DNA of 64,000 bases from the human T2T-CHM13v2.0 reference genome, Homo sapiens, in the NCBI RefSeq assembly GCF_009914755.1, contig NC_060938.1. One strand, written 5' to 3'. Under the pieces are notes generated by a model. It made no database searches and was not told the origin of the DNA. It was given only the letters and a program-made list of their open reading frames with translations. Below are positions 27,251 through 40,469 of the stretch, piece by piece. Position 1 is the first letter of the stretch; each line of letters starts with the position of its first letter. A program made the translations under genes and the position numbers.

Positions 27251-28629
27251 ACATTCCTTTCATTTATAAAGGGTTTCCAGAGTATTTTTAGAGGAAACTG
27301 CTAACCCAGAATAAAAAAAAAATGCCTCCACTATAACTAGAATGAAAATAAAAAGCTCACTTATCTAGTCTATTTATTCCATTTGAAGTTATATGACAGA
27401 TCTATAAAAACAGTCTGTATTTTGTTTGAAAAAGTTATTTTAATAATTTACCAGTGATAATGCAATTTTCTAAGGGGATTTTTTAAAAAACGTCTATGTT
27501 TGAAAAATGTCGTTGGAAAAATTATTTCTGATCTGAGAAGGTCTCTTTTCAGTCTATAAGTTTACTCCAGGCCTTTTTAAATTTCCGCCTCTTTCCAGTC
27601 CAACAAAGAAACAGAGCTGAAGTGATATTTTATTGCTGAGATAAATTTGAGTTTGGGATGATTTAAAACCAGATACTTCATGTCCCTTTCTTTCTCAGCC
27701 AACTCCTCACGACCTTTAAAATATGAAACAGAAAGACGTATCTCATTGAAGATCCTAGGATGCCCCACTCTCAAACCCACTGTCAGTGCCAGGTAATTCA
27801 GAAGACACAATCGTTACCTTGGCACACTATCTGACACTCACCTTCGGTTTCCAATGCGTTAAATTAATTTAGGATATTGATAAAATTGTGATAGGTACCA
27901 TGGAAATCTGCAGGAAGATTACATTAAACTTTAAAGGCTGTTTTTGTTTCGTTGGTTGAACATCAAAAAGAGGCATATTTGTACTGGGAGATTCTGCCTT
28001 TGAAAACTGGGTCAGTTAGCAGCCCCTAAAGTGGGAGTGGCCTGAAGATGTTTTTTCTTTGAACGAAAATGGAGCCAAAATGATAAAAGTGATTAACGTA
28101 AGAGGGATTTCAAGGGATATGAACGTGAAAGGTTTTAGATAATGCTCAAGCAATTGCATAGCAATTATACATTGAACAATCTAGATTCTAGACCTTTCTG
28201 TCCAATCCCTTTTCTGTTATCCTTCTTCCTAAATGAACAAAATGGGAGAGGGTCAGTTTGCAACTTTAAAAAGCAATTCAGTAGCTAGTTGTATTAAGAT
28301 TCTTCCTAAGCAACAAGATGTTTTTCAACTGTTTTCCTAAGTTCATTTCTGACTAATGGTATTTCTGGGATTCTCACCCTCTGAGTGGGCCAAGAGAATT
28401 AATTAGCCTGTGTGGTCTGTAACTGATTTGATGATGAAAATTGCTGCTGAGGTATCAAAGACCTATTTTTATTCTTTTCTGCAGGAAGAGAAATGTCTCT
28501 TCCTCTGCTAACTGGTTCTATCAAAACGATACCAAATGGCTTAGTTATCAGTACCCTACTTTTCCCTCCATTGTAGCATTTTGTCTTCTTTGTACCTAGA
28601 GCTCACTATACCAAACTGCTGAAGAAATG

Positions 28630-28980
28630 CAGTAGTCCTCCCTTATTCTTGGCTTAGCTTTTTGTAGTTTCAGTTACCCATAATCAACCATGGTCCAAAA
28701 ATATTAAATGGAAAATTCCAGAAATAAATAATTTATAAGTTTTAAGTTGTGAGCCATTCTGGGTGGTGTGATGAAATCTTGTATTGTCCTGTTTGGGACA
28801 TGAATCATCTCTTTGTCCACCCTATCCACACTGTATAAGCTACCTGTCTGTTAGTCACTTAGTCAACTGGGTTATCAGCTGGAAAAAACGTAGTATATGT
28901 AGGGCTTAGTACTATCTGTGGTTTCAAGCATCCACTGGAGGTCTTAGAACCTATTCCCCATAGATAAGGGGGGAACACTG
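28630..28980. mobile_element. MER44A-like Tigger MITE
   Basis: TIRs cagtagtcctcccttat / ataaggggggaacactg followed by TA. Internal ggtccaaaaatattaaatggaaaattccagaaataa. Confidence 0.85.
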
Positions 28981-29099
28981 TAATCAAATTTTAATTTACT
29001 ATAAATCCCCAGGGGTCACCTATTCCTATGCAACTCTGAACCAATAGGAAATGCAAACAGGTGAAGTGAGCTAGGTGGGTGTAAGACAGCAAAGGGTAG

Positions 29100-29426
<327 letters not shown>

Positions 29427-30029
29427 CTAGACAATGCAGTTACTTAGCTCCAGAGATTTTGGTCATGCAGAAATGTGATTTTAGGGTTGTAAGATCTTAG
29501 AGTTTTTTCAAGAGAAGCCAGAAGTAAGTGTGTGTGAGAGAGTGTGTGAGTGTAAATGTGTGTGTGAATGTGTGTGTGTGTTTCCCTGATTTTTAAAATA
29601 GTGTCATCAAAATAAAACATGTATGCTCCAGATTTGGCCCACAGGCTACTAGTTTGCAATTCCTAATATAAATCATTATCTTCAAATGTGTTTTAAGTTT
29701 CCTTCCTTATATTCATGGACTTTCATTTTAGCAAGGTGAAGTGGCTTGCATTTAGCAGGAATTAAACTCTTAACTACAGTATAGAGCAATGTTGAGCAGG
29801 CAGGGCAGGTATTTCTTTTGGTACATGTATCTTCTTAACCACCTGAAATTAAACCACCCGGCAGGAAAGTCCTGTCCTGTCTCAAGACACAAGGGTAGCT
29901 TTATTATTGTTGTTATTTGCTCATAATTTTAATTATATTGGCCAATATTTATTGATATGTAAGTTGATTTGTGACTTTGAATACGTGTTTTTATGTATGT
30001 CATCTGACATAAGTCTCACAGCATTCTCA

Positions 30030-30310
30030 TCAGTCAGAATGAGCTGGGCGATACTGCAGTAACAAATCGCTCAGAATCTCTGTGACTTAACACAACTAAA
30101 GTTTATTTCTTGCTCCTTCTATGTGTCCAACATGGGTAATCAGGGTGGCTCTGCTCATCTTTGTCACTCAAAAACCCAAGCTGAAAGTTTTATCTCAACA
30201 AGTGTTTCTGTCATCACTAAGATAAGAAAAGAGAGGGAAGCAAATCACATACTGCTGCTAAAGCTTCTGACCAGGAGAAACACACATAACTTCTGTTCAC
30301 ATTCACTGAC
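30030..30310. mobile_element. Old MaLR LTR (MLT1J/K/L-like) fragment
   Basis: tcagtcag..ctgcagtaacaaa..gacttaacacaactaaagtttatttcttgctc. Confidence 0.7.
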
Positions 30311-30733
30311 CCTAACATTTACTTAAATGAACAAATGCCTGAAAATATCATTTTTAAATAAAAGAAAAAGAAGAATAATTAGGAAGGACATGCTTTACCA
30401 AATATCAGAAGATATTGTAAAGGCTCTAAAAACAAATCAGGTATTTGCAGAGGAATAAACAAATCAGTGGAACAGGACATGGAACCCAGAAATAGATCCT
30501 AATATATATGAGGATTTAATACATGATGAAAATGATAGTTCAATTCAGTAGGAAAGGTGATTGTTTTAAAAATAGTATAGAAAACTAAAGTTGAACTCAT
30601 ATACAAAAATAATTTCAGATGGATTAAAAACTAGACATAAAAATAAGAGTTTTTCGAGAATGTATGTATATGGGTAAGTCTCCATAAGTAAAACAGTAAA
30701 CCTAGAAGCTGTTAAAAAAAAATGTAAAAGAAG

Positions 30734-30960
30734 CAGGCTTGTCCAACCTGCATCCCGTGGGCCACTTGCAGCTCAGGACAGCTTTGAATTTGGCCCAACA
30801 CAAATTCATAAACTTTCCTAAAGCATTATGAGATTTTTTTGTGTGTGATTTTTTTTTTTAAAGCTCATCAGCTATCATTAGCGTTAGTGTATTTTCTGTG
30901 CAGCCCAAGACAATTCTTCTTCCTATGTGGCCCAGGGAAATCAAAAGATTGGACACCCCT
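30734..30960. mobile_element. MER30 (hAT-Charlie)
   Basis: caggcttgtccaacc..ggcccaacacaaattc..gctcatcagctatcattagcgttagtgtatttt..aaaagattggacacccct. Confidence 0.9.
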
Positions 30961-31369
30961 CACAGATTTAGATATATTAAAATATGTGTGTTTCACATAA
31001 TAATAAAAACCAGACAAGTGATAAATTAAAAATATTTTAACACAGATGGAAAATACAATATTAATATATGAGCTCTTCCAACATACAACCCAAAATAAAA
31101 AGAAAACAACTCACAAAGGAGCAAAGCTGGGTGGCCTACAAACTTGTGAAAAGGTGTCTAAACTTGCTAGTAATTAGGAAAATGGAAAATAAATTAACAA
31201 TAAGGTTTAAACTCATCAGTCTGGTAAAAATATAAGTGTGATAATATCCATTTTGGTATGGCTGCTGGAGGAAAATGGTGTTCTCATTGCTGTTGGAAAT
31301 AAGAATTGTTACAATCCTTTTTGGAAAACAATTGGGCAACATTTATTTTGTTATTATTGTTGACTTGTT

Positions 31370-31515
31370 TAGACATTAGGATCTTGCTCTATTGCCTGGG
31401 CTGGAGTGCAGTGGTACAATCATAGCTCACTACAGCCTTGACCTCCTGGGCTCAAGTGATCCTCCCTCCTCAGCCTCCCGAGTAGCTGGGATTAGAGGCA
31501 TGTGCCGCTATCCCT
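31370..31515 (-). mobile_element. Alu right arm (FRAM/AluJ)
   Basis: gctggagtgcagtggtacaatcatagctcactacagccttgacctcctgggctcaag. Confidence 0.85.
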
Positions 31516-33435
31516 CACTATGGGCAACGTTTATTAAAATTAAATATACACATTTCTTTGACTCAGAATTTATACTTCAGAAAATCTAACTTATAAAAAT
31601 GAAAGTCCCAGTACACAGGGACACATGTGCAAGGGAATTAATCTGAGCATTATTCAGTGTAGCAGAAAACCGGAAACAAAGTAAATCATAATACAGCCAT
31701 ACAGTAAATGAAGTAGAACTGTATTTCCTCTTGAAAATGAAAAATCTGGGAAAAGAGTGTATAATGTAACCCTGCTTTCCTAAAAAATGGCCCCAAAATT
31801 CTATGTGTGGGAATGTATATAGATTTTTTTATACATATATATGCTTAGATAGGATTATATGAGCATGCATTTTTGAAATACTTGAAGAAAAAAATAAAAT
31901 ACTTGAAGATACATGCTAGTTTTGTAGCATGGGTTGTGGCAGGGGTGGAGCAGCAGGAAAGGAGATGGGGAGGGAGGAGGTTTGCCAAAAGGAAAAAGAA
32001 AAAAGATAGTTTGCACAAAAAAAAAAAAAACAGCATGTATGCTATAATCCCATCTATTCATTAATGCAGTGCTCACTTGACTATGATTTAGGCTTTAGAT
32101 TGAGGAAGGTCAATCGCTTATCCCAGCAAACACTAGGAAGGACTTAAATTGTTGTTAACTACCTGATGTCAGGTGCCTCCCAGAGGTAGATGACATCCAT
32201 GTAGGCAGGCAAAGCTTCTCAATGCTCATAAAAGGATACCAGCTTCGCTGTGTATTTGTTGGATCTCCAAAGTTTATGGCTCTGCAATCAACTAGACTCA
32301 CTCTGTCCCTACTCTTCAGATTCTTATCAGAGAAAATAACCTCACACTCCCCATTAGCCACATGGGCTGAAAGCTATGCCAGTTGGCTGTCTTCAAATAG
32401 GAGAATGGCCTCATCATAGTGGCTCTTAGCTAATAATTTTAATAATGATGGTTTAACTTAGGTTTCTTCTAATTGATAGGTCTGGCAAACCTATCTGGGC
32501 AAAAGTTTGTAAAAGGAACAAACGACTTGTTTCACAGTAATGTAGACTCAAGAAAGCTGTTGAACCTGGTTGCAGCCTGAAAGTTTTGAATAAATAATAG
32601 TCTTGCTGTAGCTACTAAGGAATTGTTCTTCTTTAATTATGGACTTTTCTATCCCTGCAGACCATTTTCAGCCTCTAGTCAACCACATTGTAAGCACGGG
32701 GACCTTAACCAATGAAGAAAACCATTTTCAAAAGTTCGAAGTTTCCTTTCTTAGTGCAGATCATTGGGTGTCTCCCAAGGCGTCTCACGGGCTGCCCAAG
32801 GTTCTAAAGTAGTGCACAAGCCCAGGGGGAAGTTCATGGCTTTCTGATTTCTATCACTCAGCCCTTACTATGGACCTAAACTTAACAGCTAAGCTAGTGA
32901 GACAGAGAGAACATGTGACCAAGTCTAGTGCCAGCCCTACAGCATACACTCAGTGACTTGAGGCAAGTCACTTTTGCTCTCTACAGCCCAGTGTTCTCAC
33001 GTATACTCCAACACAGGATCTCAGGGAACTCTTTTCTTTTGTTTAATAGTACTTACACAAATTTGCAATTATATGCTTATGTGTATGATTGTTTAATTTC
33101 CTATCTCCTCCACTAAAGCATAATCTCTATACAGATAGGGACAATATACTATATACCTAATGCCTAACATGTTGGCTGGCACGTATTCAAATTCAGTAAA
33201 AATTTATTAATTTAATTAATAAGTAAATATATAAAATGAGAAAGATGAGTTCATATATCCTACCAGCTCTAACAGCATATGGTTCTCTAAATGCAAAAGG
33301 CTTTTATTTTTAAAATTAGGTCATAGTCTTCCTTTGCCCAAACATCACTGAGTAGATTAAGTGCCTAAGTGAGCATGGCTCTGCTCTACATAATTACTCA
33401 AAAAAAAAAAAACTTAACCTATTAATCATAGTTTC

Positions 33436-33843
33436 TACTAAGGTTTGCTTGGTCCCATCAAATCTCATTTTGAAAGTTGATTTCCAGTGTTGGAGGTGGG
33501 GCCTGGTGTGAGGTGTTTGGATCATGGGGTTGAATCCCTCATGAAGGTCTTGGTGCCATCCTTACAGTAAACAGTGAGTTCCCACTCTTAGATCCCATGG
33601 GAGTTGCCCTGAGAGCTAGTTGTTAAAAGAGACTGGCACCTTCTCATCTCTCTTGTTTCTTCTCTCTTGACATGTGGTCTGTATGTGCTGGCTCCTTTTC
33701 TTCTTCTGCCATGGTCACCAGATACAGATGCTGGTGTCATGCGTCTCGTACAGCCTGCAGAACTGTGAACCAAATAAACCTCTTTTCTTCATAAATTACC
33801 CAGCCTTAGGTATCCTTTAAAGCAACACAAACAGACTAAGACA
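33436..33843 (+). mobile_element. MST-type MaLR solo LTR (MSTB-like)
   Basis: gtgttggaggtggggcctgg..gaggtgtttggatcatgggg..cagcctgcagaactgtgaaccaaataaacctcttttcttcataaattacccag..cagactaagaca. Confidence 0.88.
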
Positions 33844-34594
33844 GTCCCATATATCTGAAAGCGTTGTAAGATGCCATTTCACCCATAGCTTTGCCTCTTA
33901 GCTGAACTACCATTTATGCAAGATAGGTGTTTGTTGTGTGTCCTAAAAGATTTTCAATCTCCCTTGCTGTGTTGTTCCTGGATCTTGAAATCCTAACAGT
34001 AATTGAAACATAGAAAGAAAAAAACTTAGAATTGTCTAGTCCAGTGATTTTCAAACTGTATTTTAGCAGAGGAACCCTATTTTGCAAAAAGAAATTTTAT
34101 ATAGAGGCCCAATATTTCCATTCAAAAATGTATGTCTATGTAAATAGATACAGTTTGGAGGGAGGGAAGGAAGGGGGGAAAAAGGCAGGCAGGAAAAAAG
34201 AAAAGATATGCCCTTGTTGATGTGAGAAAGGGAACTGCAGAGCCCTCCCCTGCAGGCTTTGCCTCGACCTCTCTATTGGGCCATACTCCCCTCACTGCCC
34301 TCTCCACCTGCCCTGCCTGCCCTATAGTGCCCTGTAAGGCACCACTAAGACTAGTAGCCTACGAACAGGTTGAAAGCCACCAGTTTGAATGACTGTCTCC
34401 TTTTAACAAAAGGAAACTAAGACTTGATGACTGAATCATATTCTTCTTTAGTATTCCAAATCCTTCCTTCAAAAAGTAAATTGCCTTCTTTTTGTTTCTT
34501 TTTAGATTATTCTGTACAGCCTTCCCCGAAGTAATTGCATACAAATCAGATTATCAGTGTTCAGTATACTCTTCTTATAATTAAACCACCATCA

Positions 34595-35164
34595 TTTAAC
34601 TTTACTCATAAAATTTTATTTGAACAAAACAATTTTTGAAAATATAAAAATTTCATAAGAACTGCTTTCCTGTTAGATACAAAATTTATTTTAAAAATAA
34701 ATAATTATATTGACCTTTACCATCACTTGTCTAAATTTTACTCATGTTTATTGTGAAGACACAGAGGTGAATTAGAAGAGTATATCATTATACATTGTCA
34801 AATAAAGCGAAGGTTTCCTTATCCAAATAGAGAGAATATATATGTGATTACTTAATATAAAGCAAAAGCTATTTCTACCAAAGAACAGACATGCAGTTAT
34901 TGATCTGGAATTGGCATGATTACAAACTACTCTGCAATTCTTCCTCTCCCCAATTAAGGTGTCTCTCTTGAACTGATTGAAAGCTGTTTGATAAGTATAC
35001 TTTTTTCAAGATGGTGTGCTCAGTTGGGGGTCTTTTTATTAAACTGAAATTCTGTCATTAGCTCTGACTAGCACCAGCTGCTGTATAAATTCTGTGTTGA
35101 CGTAGACCTCCATTGGTGTTCCAAATATTGCAGATGAATCTCTCTCTGCCTCCAAAATCCTCAG
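34595..35164 (-). other. SFTA3: SFTA3 3' UTR / terminal exon with several AATAAA signals
   Basis: Repeat-free AT-rich exon after the stop codon. Minus-strand AATAAA (plus TTTATT) at 35035-35040, 34747-34752, 34685-34690 and 34615-34620, with GT-rich sequence downstream of the last. The cleavage site is estimated. Confidence 0.75.
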
Positions 35165-35188
35165 TCATGCAGTATGAATAATTAACAT
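35165..35188 (-). CDS. SFTA3: SFTA3 last coding segment (MLIIHTA*)
   Basis: Branch-like ctaat, pyrimidine tract and ttttcag| acceptor at 35189/35188, then ATG TTA ATT ATT CAT ACT GCA TGA. 14 (recalled, outside window) + 30 + 1 + 42 + 7 = 94 aa, the recalled SFTA3 length. Confidence 0.87.
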   Translation of the reverse strand: MLIIHTA

Positions 35189-35518
35189 CTGAAAATGCAG
35201 AACAAAAATGGCTTTTATTAGAAGACATGGTACTGGGATCACAATTCCACCTTAACTCCTCAGAACAATGAACCAAATAGGACTTTAGCAATTAAACAAA
35301 AGTATTTCTAAATCTCTCTATATTATGTTTTTCCCTGTACTTGATCAGAAATGTTAACATTAAGACACAAATTAAATGTTTTAGTCGTACAGCAAAGTTA
35401 AAGACAGAATCCAAGCGGCAGCACATTTTAACTAATGTTTTTCTGAATGTTCTAATTCCAGATAAATTCAAAGCATTTAGGACTCATGTCTGCCATGATT
35501 ATTCTTTCTTCTAAATAG

Positions 35519-35847
<329 letters not shown>

Positions 35848-36270
35848 AGTCCATCACTTTTAAGAAAAACCTTTCCTATTCATTAATCTAATATTATTTC
35901 TACAAGATGTATGGTATAAGTACAGCACAAAACAGTTTCATGAAATGTCTTTATGGAGTTGAACTTATAAAACATCTACCTGGTGTGGGAGATGTGCCAA
36001 GTGGGACTTTTCCTTAATGTATTTGATAGATTTTAGCAGACAGATTTTTAAACTTGTCAAAGGACATTGATAAACTTGAATCCATGAAATGATGCAATAC
36101 ATAAAGATAAAATATGCCATAATAGTACAGTGGCTAAGAGCAAAGCATTCTGGACATCAATTTCTGGGCCTCAGTTTCTCCATCTGTAAATGAAGATAAT
36201 ATTAGTATCGGGCTTATGACGTTACTTGAAGCACTAAGAGATCATGCATGTGATCATTAGCACAGCACCG

Positions 36271-36807
36271 TGTATTTGTTTTCTATTTCTGCATAACAAA
36301 TTACTGCATACTTTGTGGCTCTAAACAACAACTACTTATTATCTTACAGTTTCTAGGTAAGGGCATGGCTTAGATGGGCCCTCTGCTTAGAGTCTCACAA
36401 CACTGTAATCAAGGTGACACCTGGACAGTGTTCTCATCTGGAGATTTGACTGAGGAAGAAACCCCTTTTAAGCTCACTCAGGTTATTGGCAGAATTCATT
36501 TCCATGCTGCTCTAAAACCAAGTATCCAGGCTTCTTTCTGACTGCTGGCTAGAGTTTGCCCAAGGTTCCTCACCATGAGAGCTTCCTCAACATGACTGCT
36601 TACTTCATCAAGCCAACAAGGAGAGTGTCTGGAGTGAGTCTACTAGCAAGACAGCGTCTTATATTATGTAACACAATAACAGGAAGAACATCCCACCACT
36701 TTTGCCGTATTCTGTTGGTTAGAAGCAAGTCCCAGGTCCTGCCTACACACGAGTGAACACACCAGGAAGCAAGGATCCCTGGTGGTCACCCTAGAGTTTG
36801 TGTGCCA
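36271..36807 (-). mobile_element. MaLR LTR (MLT1F-like) next to a MIR (36127-36270)
   Basis: tgtatttgttttctatttctgcataacaaattac..ttctcatctggag..aagctcactcaggttattggcagaattcattt. Confidence 0.8.
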
Positions 36808-37499
36808 AATATAGTAAATGAATGAATAAATGAAAGTGTGAGTGAGTGAATAAGTAAATGAGTAAGTGAATGAGTGAAGTTGGGTTTGAATGTTGTAAGC
36901 CCCTTGGACAACAGAAAACATGGGAAATAGTTGTAAATACAGGATAAATAGGTAGGTAGTAGACTCTAAGGTAACTGCTCAATTGAAGTCATAATGCAAG
37001 CATCTAACCTTTGTGAAAATAATGTGTTGAATAATTATAGGGCCTGGGCTGTAAGGCCCAGAGAATGTCAGAGTAAAATCTCAGGGATGGTGGGAAATAG
37101 AGACCTAAAAGAATATATGGGGCTTTTAGTCTCACTTTAAAGTGATAATTTTCTTACAATTGGAGCAAATGGAGAAATTAGAAATGAAATAAAATGGTCA
37201 AATATAATTACATAAATTTTTAACTTGTAAGTAATAGAAATAACTAGCAATAAAAACCAAAAAAATCAACACACATGAAAAATAGAATTATCAGCACCAA
37301 GTATATGAAAATTTATTCAAACATGCATGTGAACACTAATAATATTCCCAATGGATAAATGGGCAAAGGACATGATTATATGATTCATGCACAGGAAATA
37401 TGAATAGTAAAATAAATTTGAAAAACAGTTTAAATTTAATATGAATAAGGGAAAAGCCTCGCAAAGAAAAAAAATTTAAGTACCAATTCAATCCATCTT

Positions 37500-37674
37500 T
37501 TTTTTTTTTTTTTTTTTTTTTTTTTATTGAGACAGAGTCTTGGTCTGTTACCCAGGCTAGAGTGCAGTGGCGCGATCTCGACTCATTTCAAGCTCCACCT
37601 CCCGGGTTCATGCCATTCTCCTGCCTCAGCTTCCTGAGTAGCTGGGACTACAGGCACCCGCCACCATGCCTGGC

Positions 37675-37705
<31 letters not shown>

Positions 37706-37828
37706 TTTTTAGTAGAGACAGGGTTTCACTGTGTTAGCCAGGATGGTCTCGATCTCCTGATATCGTGATCCGCCCACCTCAGCCTCCCAAAGTGCTGGGA
37801 TTACAGGCGTGAGCCACCGCACCTGGCC
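37500..37828 (-). mobile_element. AluY with expanded central A-linker
   Basis: AluY diagnostics. 26-T linker at 37678-37703. TSD core caatccatctt on both sides. Confidence 0.93.
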
Positions 37829-38274
37829 AACCCAATCCATCTTATTTTACCAGCTGATTACTTTAAGATGAGAGAGTAAACAGTAAATTAATTGCATTAG
37901 TATTATTAACCAAAACACCTGGTATAACTTATAACTCACCCTGGGTGGGTGGATATTCGATAATAATTAACTGTCAGTAGTGAGTGGTAGGAGAGCTAGT
38001 ATGGGTAACTGCAGTCGCCAAATCATCAAAACACTTATTTGCAGACCGTAAGACCACATTAACGTGAGGCAGCTAACGTGGGGGGAAAAGGTATTTAGAA
38101 TTCTTTCAATTTTACTTATACCACTTTGGTAACTGGACTGCAGTAAAACAGATAGAGATCAGACCCCAGAAGAACAGGAAAACTAGGCAAACAGGCTGGA
38201 TACTCCACAGGAAGAGAATCTGCCCAAGAACAAAGTCAGCGTCCCTACTTTAACGAATATTCTCATGACAACAC

Positions 38275-38402
38275 CTTGGCCTCGGATGAACTCCTGCTTT
38301 GTGACAGCGTCGTGGGATGCAGCAGGGCTGTATGGACTGTTCCTGGACTTGGCACGCAAACAGCGACACAGGTGGGTATCCGCTTTTCCCTCTCCCTCAG
38401 GC
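38275..38402 (-). CDS. SFTA3: SFTA3 internal coding exon (128 nt; (C)LREREKRIPTCVAVCVPSPGTVHTALLHPTTLSQSRSSSEAK)
   Basis: Acceptor ttttccctgtctacccagaacag|GC at 38403/38402, donor AAG|gtgttg at 38275/38274. Length is 2 nt + 42 codons, so phases fit both neighbours. Peptide is inside ORF 38263..38469. Confidence 0.9.
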
Positions 38403-38669
38403 CTGTTCTGGGTAGACAGGGAAAATCAGTTTTGATGCCATTGATGATATGCCCAATATGTTTGTGCACGTGTGTCCTCAGGTCTCTTTAGGAGTAAGCT
38501 ATGGCATGTCTCTCATCATGGCCAGGGATGGAAGGGCCAACAATTAAATGAATAATAGTAAGCACTCACTAAGTATTTGTTGTGGTTATTAATGTTGCTT
38601 TTACCTTCAGTGGGAAGAAGGCAAATAAAGATGAGTTTTTTCCTGGAATCTAGATGGGCTCTCTTGTGG

Positions 38670-38780
38670 TGTCAGAGAGGGCGGGCGCCCATGGGACAGC
38701 TGCAGCAGAGGGCGGGCAGACGAGGCCCACAGGGGAGCCCAGCACCTGAAGATGATGATAGGCAGCAGCAGGTGGTGTCT
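38670..38780 (+). promoter_or_regulatory. CTCF-like motif cluster in a small GC-rich patch
   Basis: GCAGCAGAGGGCGG (38702-38715) and GCAGCAGGTGGTGT (38765-38778) resemble CCASYAGRKGGCRS. A weaker CAGAGAGGGCGGGCG occurs at ~38673. Confidence 0.5.
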
Positions 38781-40469
38781 GGGAGGTCTGACAGCCACAG
38801 TCAGGGCCTGTGGTTTTCAAACACAACTCCAGGCTGACTCACTGAGGGAGATCCAGTAAGCTCTTCAAACCAGTGCCACCTACCACCCCCACAGATTAAG
38901 GGCAGGATTCGTCGGGGACCTGAGGCAAGGCTAGGGGACAGAAGGTGTTATGGCAAACAGGAGTCAAGAGGGAAATGGGGGAGGAAGTTGGAGAGCCAAG
39001 CAAGTGGTGGTCACAGTACCTTTCTGAGAGCAGTCATTGGTTATTATGCTCTGGAGGAGAGGAGGAAATACGTAACAGAGACCTTCAGAGGGAACGAGCA
39101 GATCGCACATTTGTTCTTTCCATATGTCCAGGTGAAGACTGGATGTCAAGCTGGTCCCCACTCGTCTCCTCCCCTCCTCCATCTATAAAATAAATGTACT
39201 TTGGTCCTAATATTTTAAGCGCAATTACCCTAAACTCATTTGGAGGTCCATCCATGGGGTACTTTTAATAGTTCTTGTCTGCATTTGGTGAGTCTTCACA
39301 TCAGTATATCTTCCTTGGAATGTAAATTTTTGGAAGGAAGGAATCAGAGCTATGTGGTTCTTTGAACAGTGTGTAACACTGTAAACAATTAGATGACTTA
39401 TATTTTTAAGATGAAGATGATGCTACTTATAAAATGAATGAGATTTGTGAAGCCATTCTTTTTTGTCGTAATATGAATGGGACTTGAAAAGTTAGTATTC
39501 TGCTGGTGAGAAAACAGCAGTGTCACTTCTAGTTCTTAATGTGAAACTAGCTTTTGTATTCCTCTTAAAATGCTTACCATTGTAATCCCACTTCTAGAAA
39601 CCTTAGGTAGGGAAATAATAAACAATGTGAACAAAGATATATGTGTAAACACATGAGCACCTAGATGCTTAATTATAGGAAAATGGCCAGATGAAGCTTA
39701 GTACAGCTGTAAGATAAAATATCTAGCAGTTATCAAAATTATAGTTAATAATTTTAACAGGAAAATAATTATGTTAAAATAGCAAGTGAAAAAAAAACAT
39801 GCAGTATTTTTTTCAATTATATTTTTCCAAAGTATAGAAATAATTGGAAAGAAAGGTATCGAAATGCTAAAAAAAAAAAAGAGGGCATGAGGAGGAGGGC
39901 CTGTATGGCAGAAAAATGGCTAAGAGGTGAGCAATGAGGAAATGAAATGTGTCAAGCAGAACTAAGGAAAGGAAAATTCAGTTTTTTGAATACTCTGTGC
40001 AAGCAATGAAATAAGCATTTAATAATTCTTGTTAATAATTAAAGATAAACATTGGAGTAAGGCTACGAGGAGAAAAGAGCCTCTTTCCACAATGAACAGA
40101 AACCTCCCATCTTGGCTTAGTTGAAAGAATGGAAAGCTAAGATACTTTGAAGTCTGAATGAGTACATGAGATGACTCAGGTGTGGTTAGGAGCCCATCAC
40201 CTCTGCTGAGCAGCTAAACATGACAGTGAAACTGTGAGTACACATTTGAGAAATGGGATTTGCTGAGGCCATATATGGGAAGAGGGGATAGGCAAGCCAT
40301 TAAACCAGTCTGCTAGTTTCTAAACCTAGATGCCCATCCAGAATTACATGAGTAACTATCTAAAACCACAGGTATGCAGCCAAAAAGGCACAGGCCAAAG
40401 TAATTATATCAGGGCACAGATGAAACAAAATATGGGATGGGCAGTGCATAGAGAATGAAAGGAACTAAC

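Larger units (their letters stand above)
30330..31780 (+). mobile_element. Degenerate L1M ORF2/3' region interrupted by MER30 and an Alu arm
   Basis: acccagaaatagatcc..catatacaaaaataatttcagatggattaaa..acaatcctttttggaaaacaattgg. Confidence 0.7.

Noticed and set aside
35058-35291. 77-aa minus-strand ORF across the SFTA3 terminal acceptor (DVNYSYCMTEDF...)
   Set aside because: Out of phase with the upstream exon, which ends in phase 0. The MLIIHTA* frame is the one matching SFTA3.
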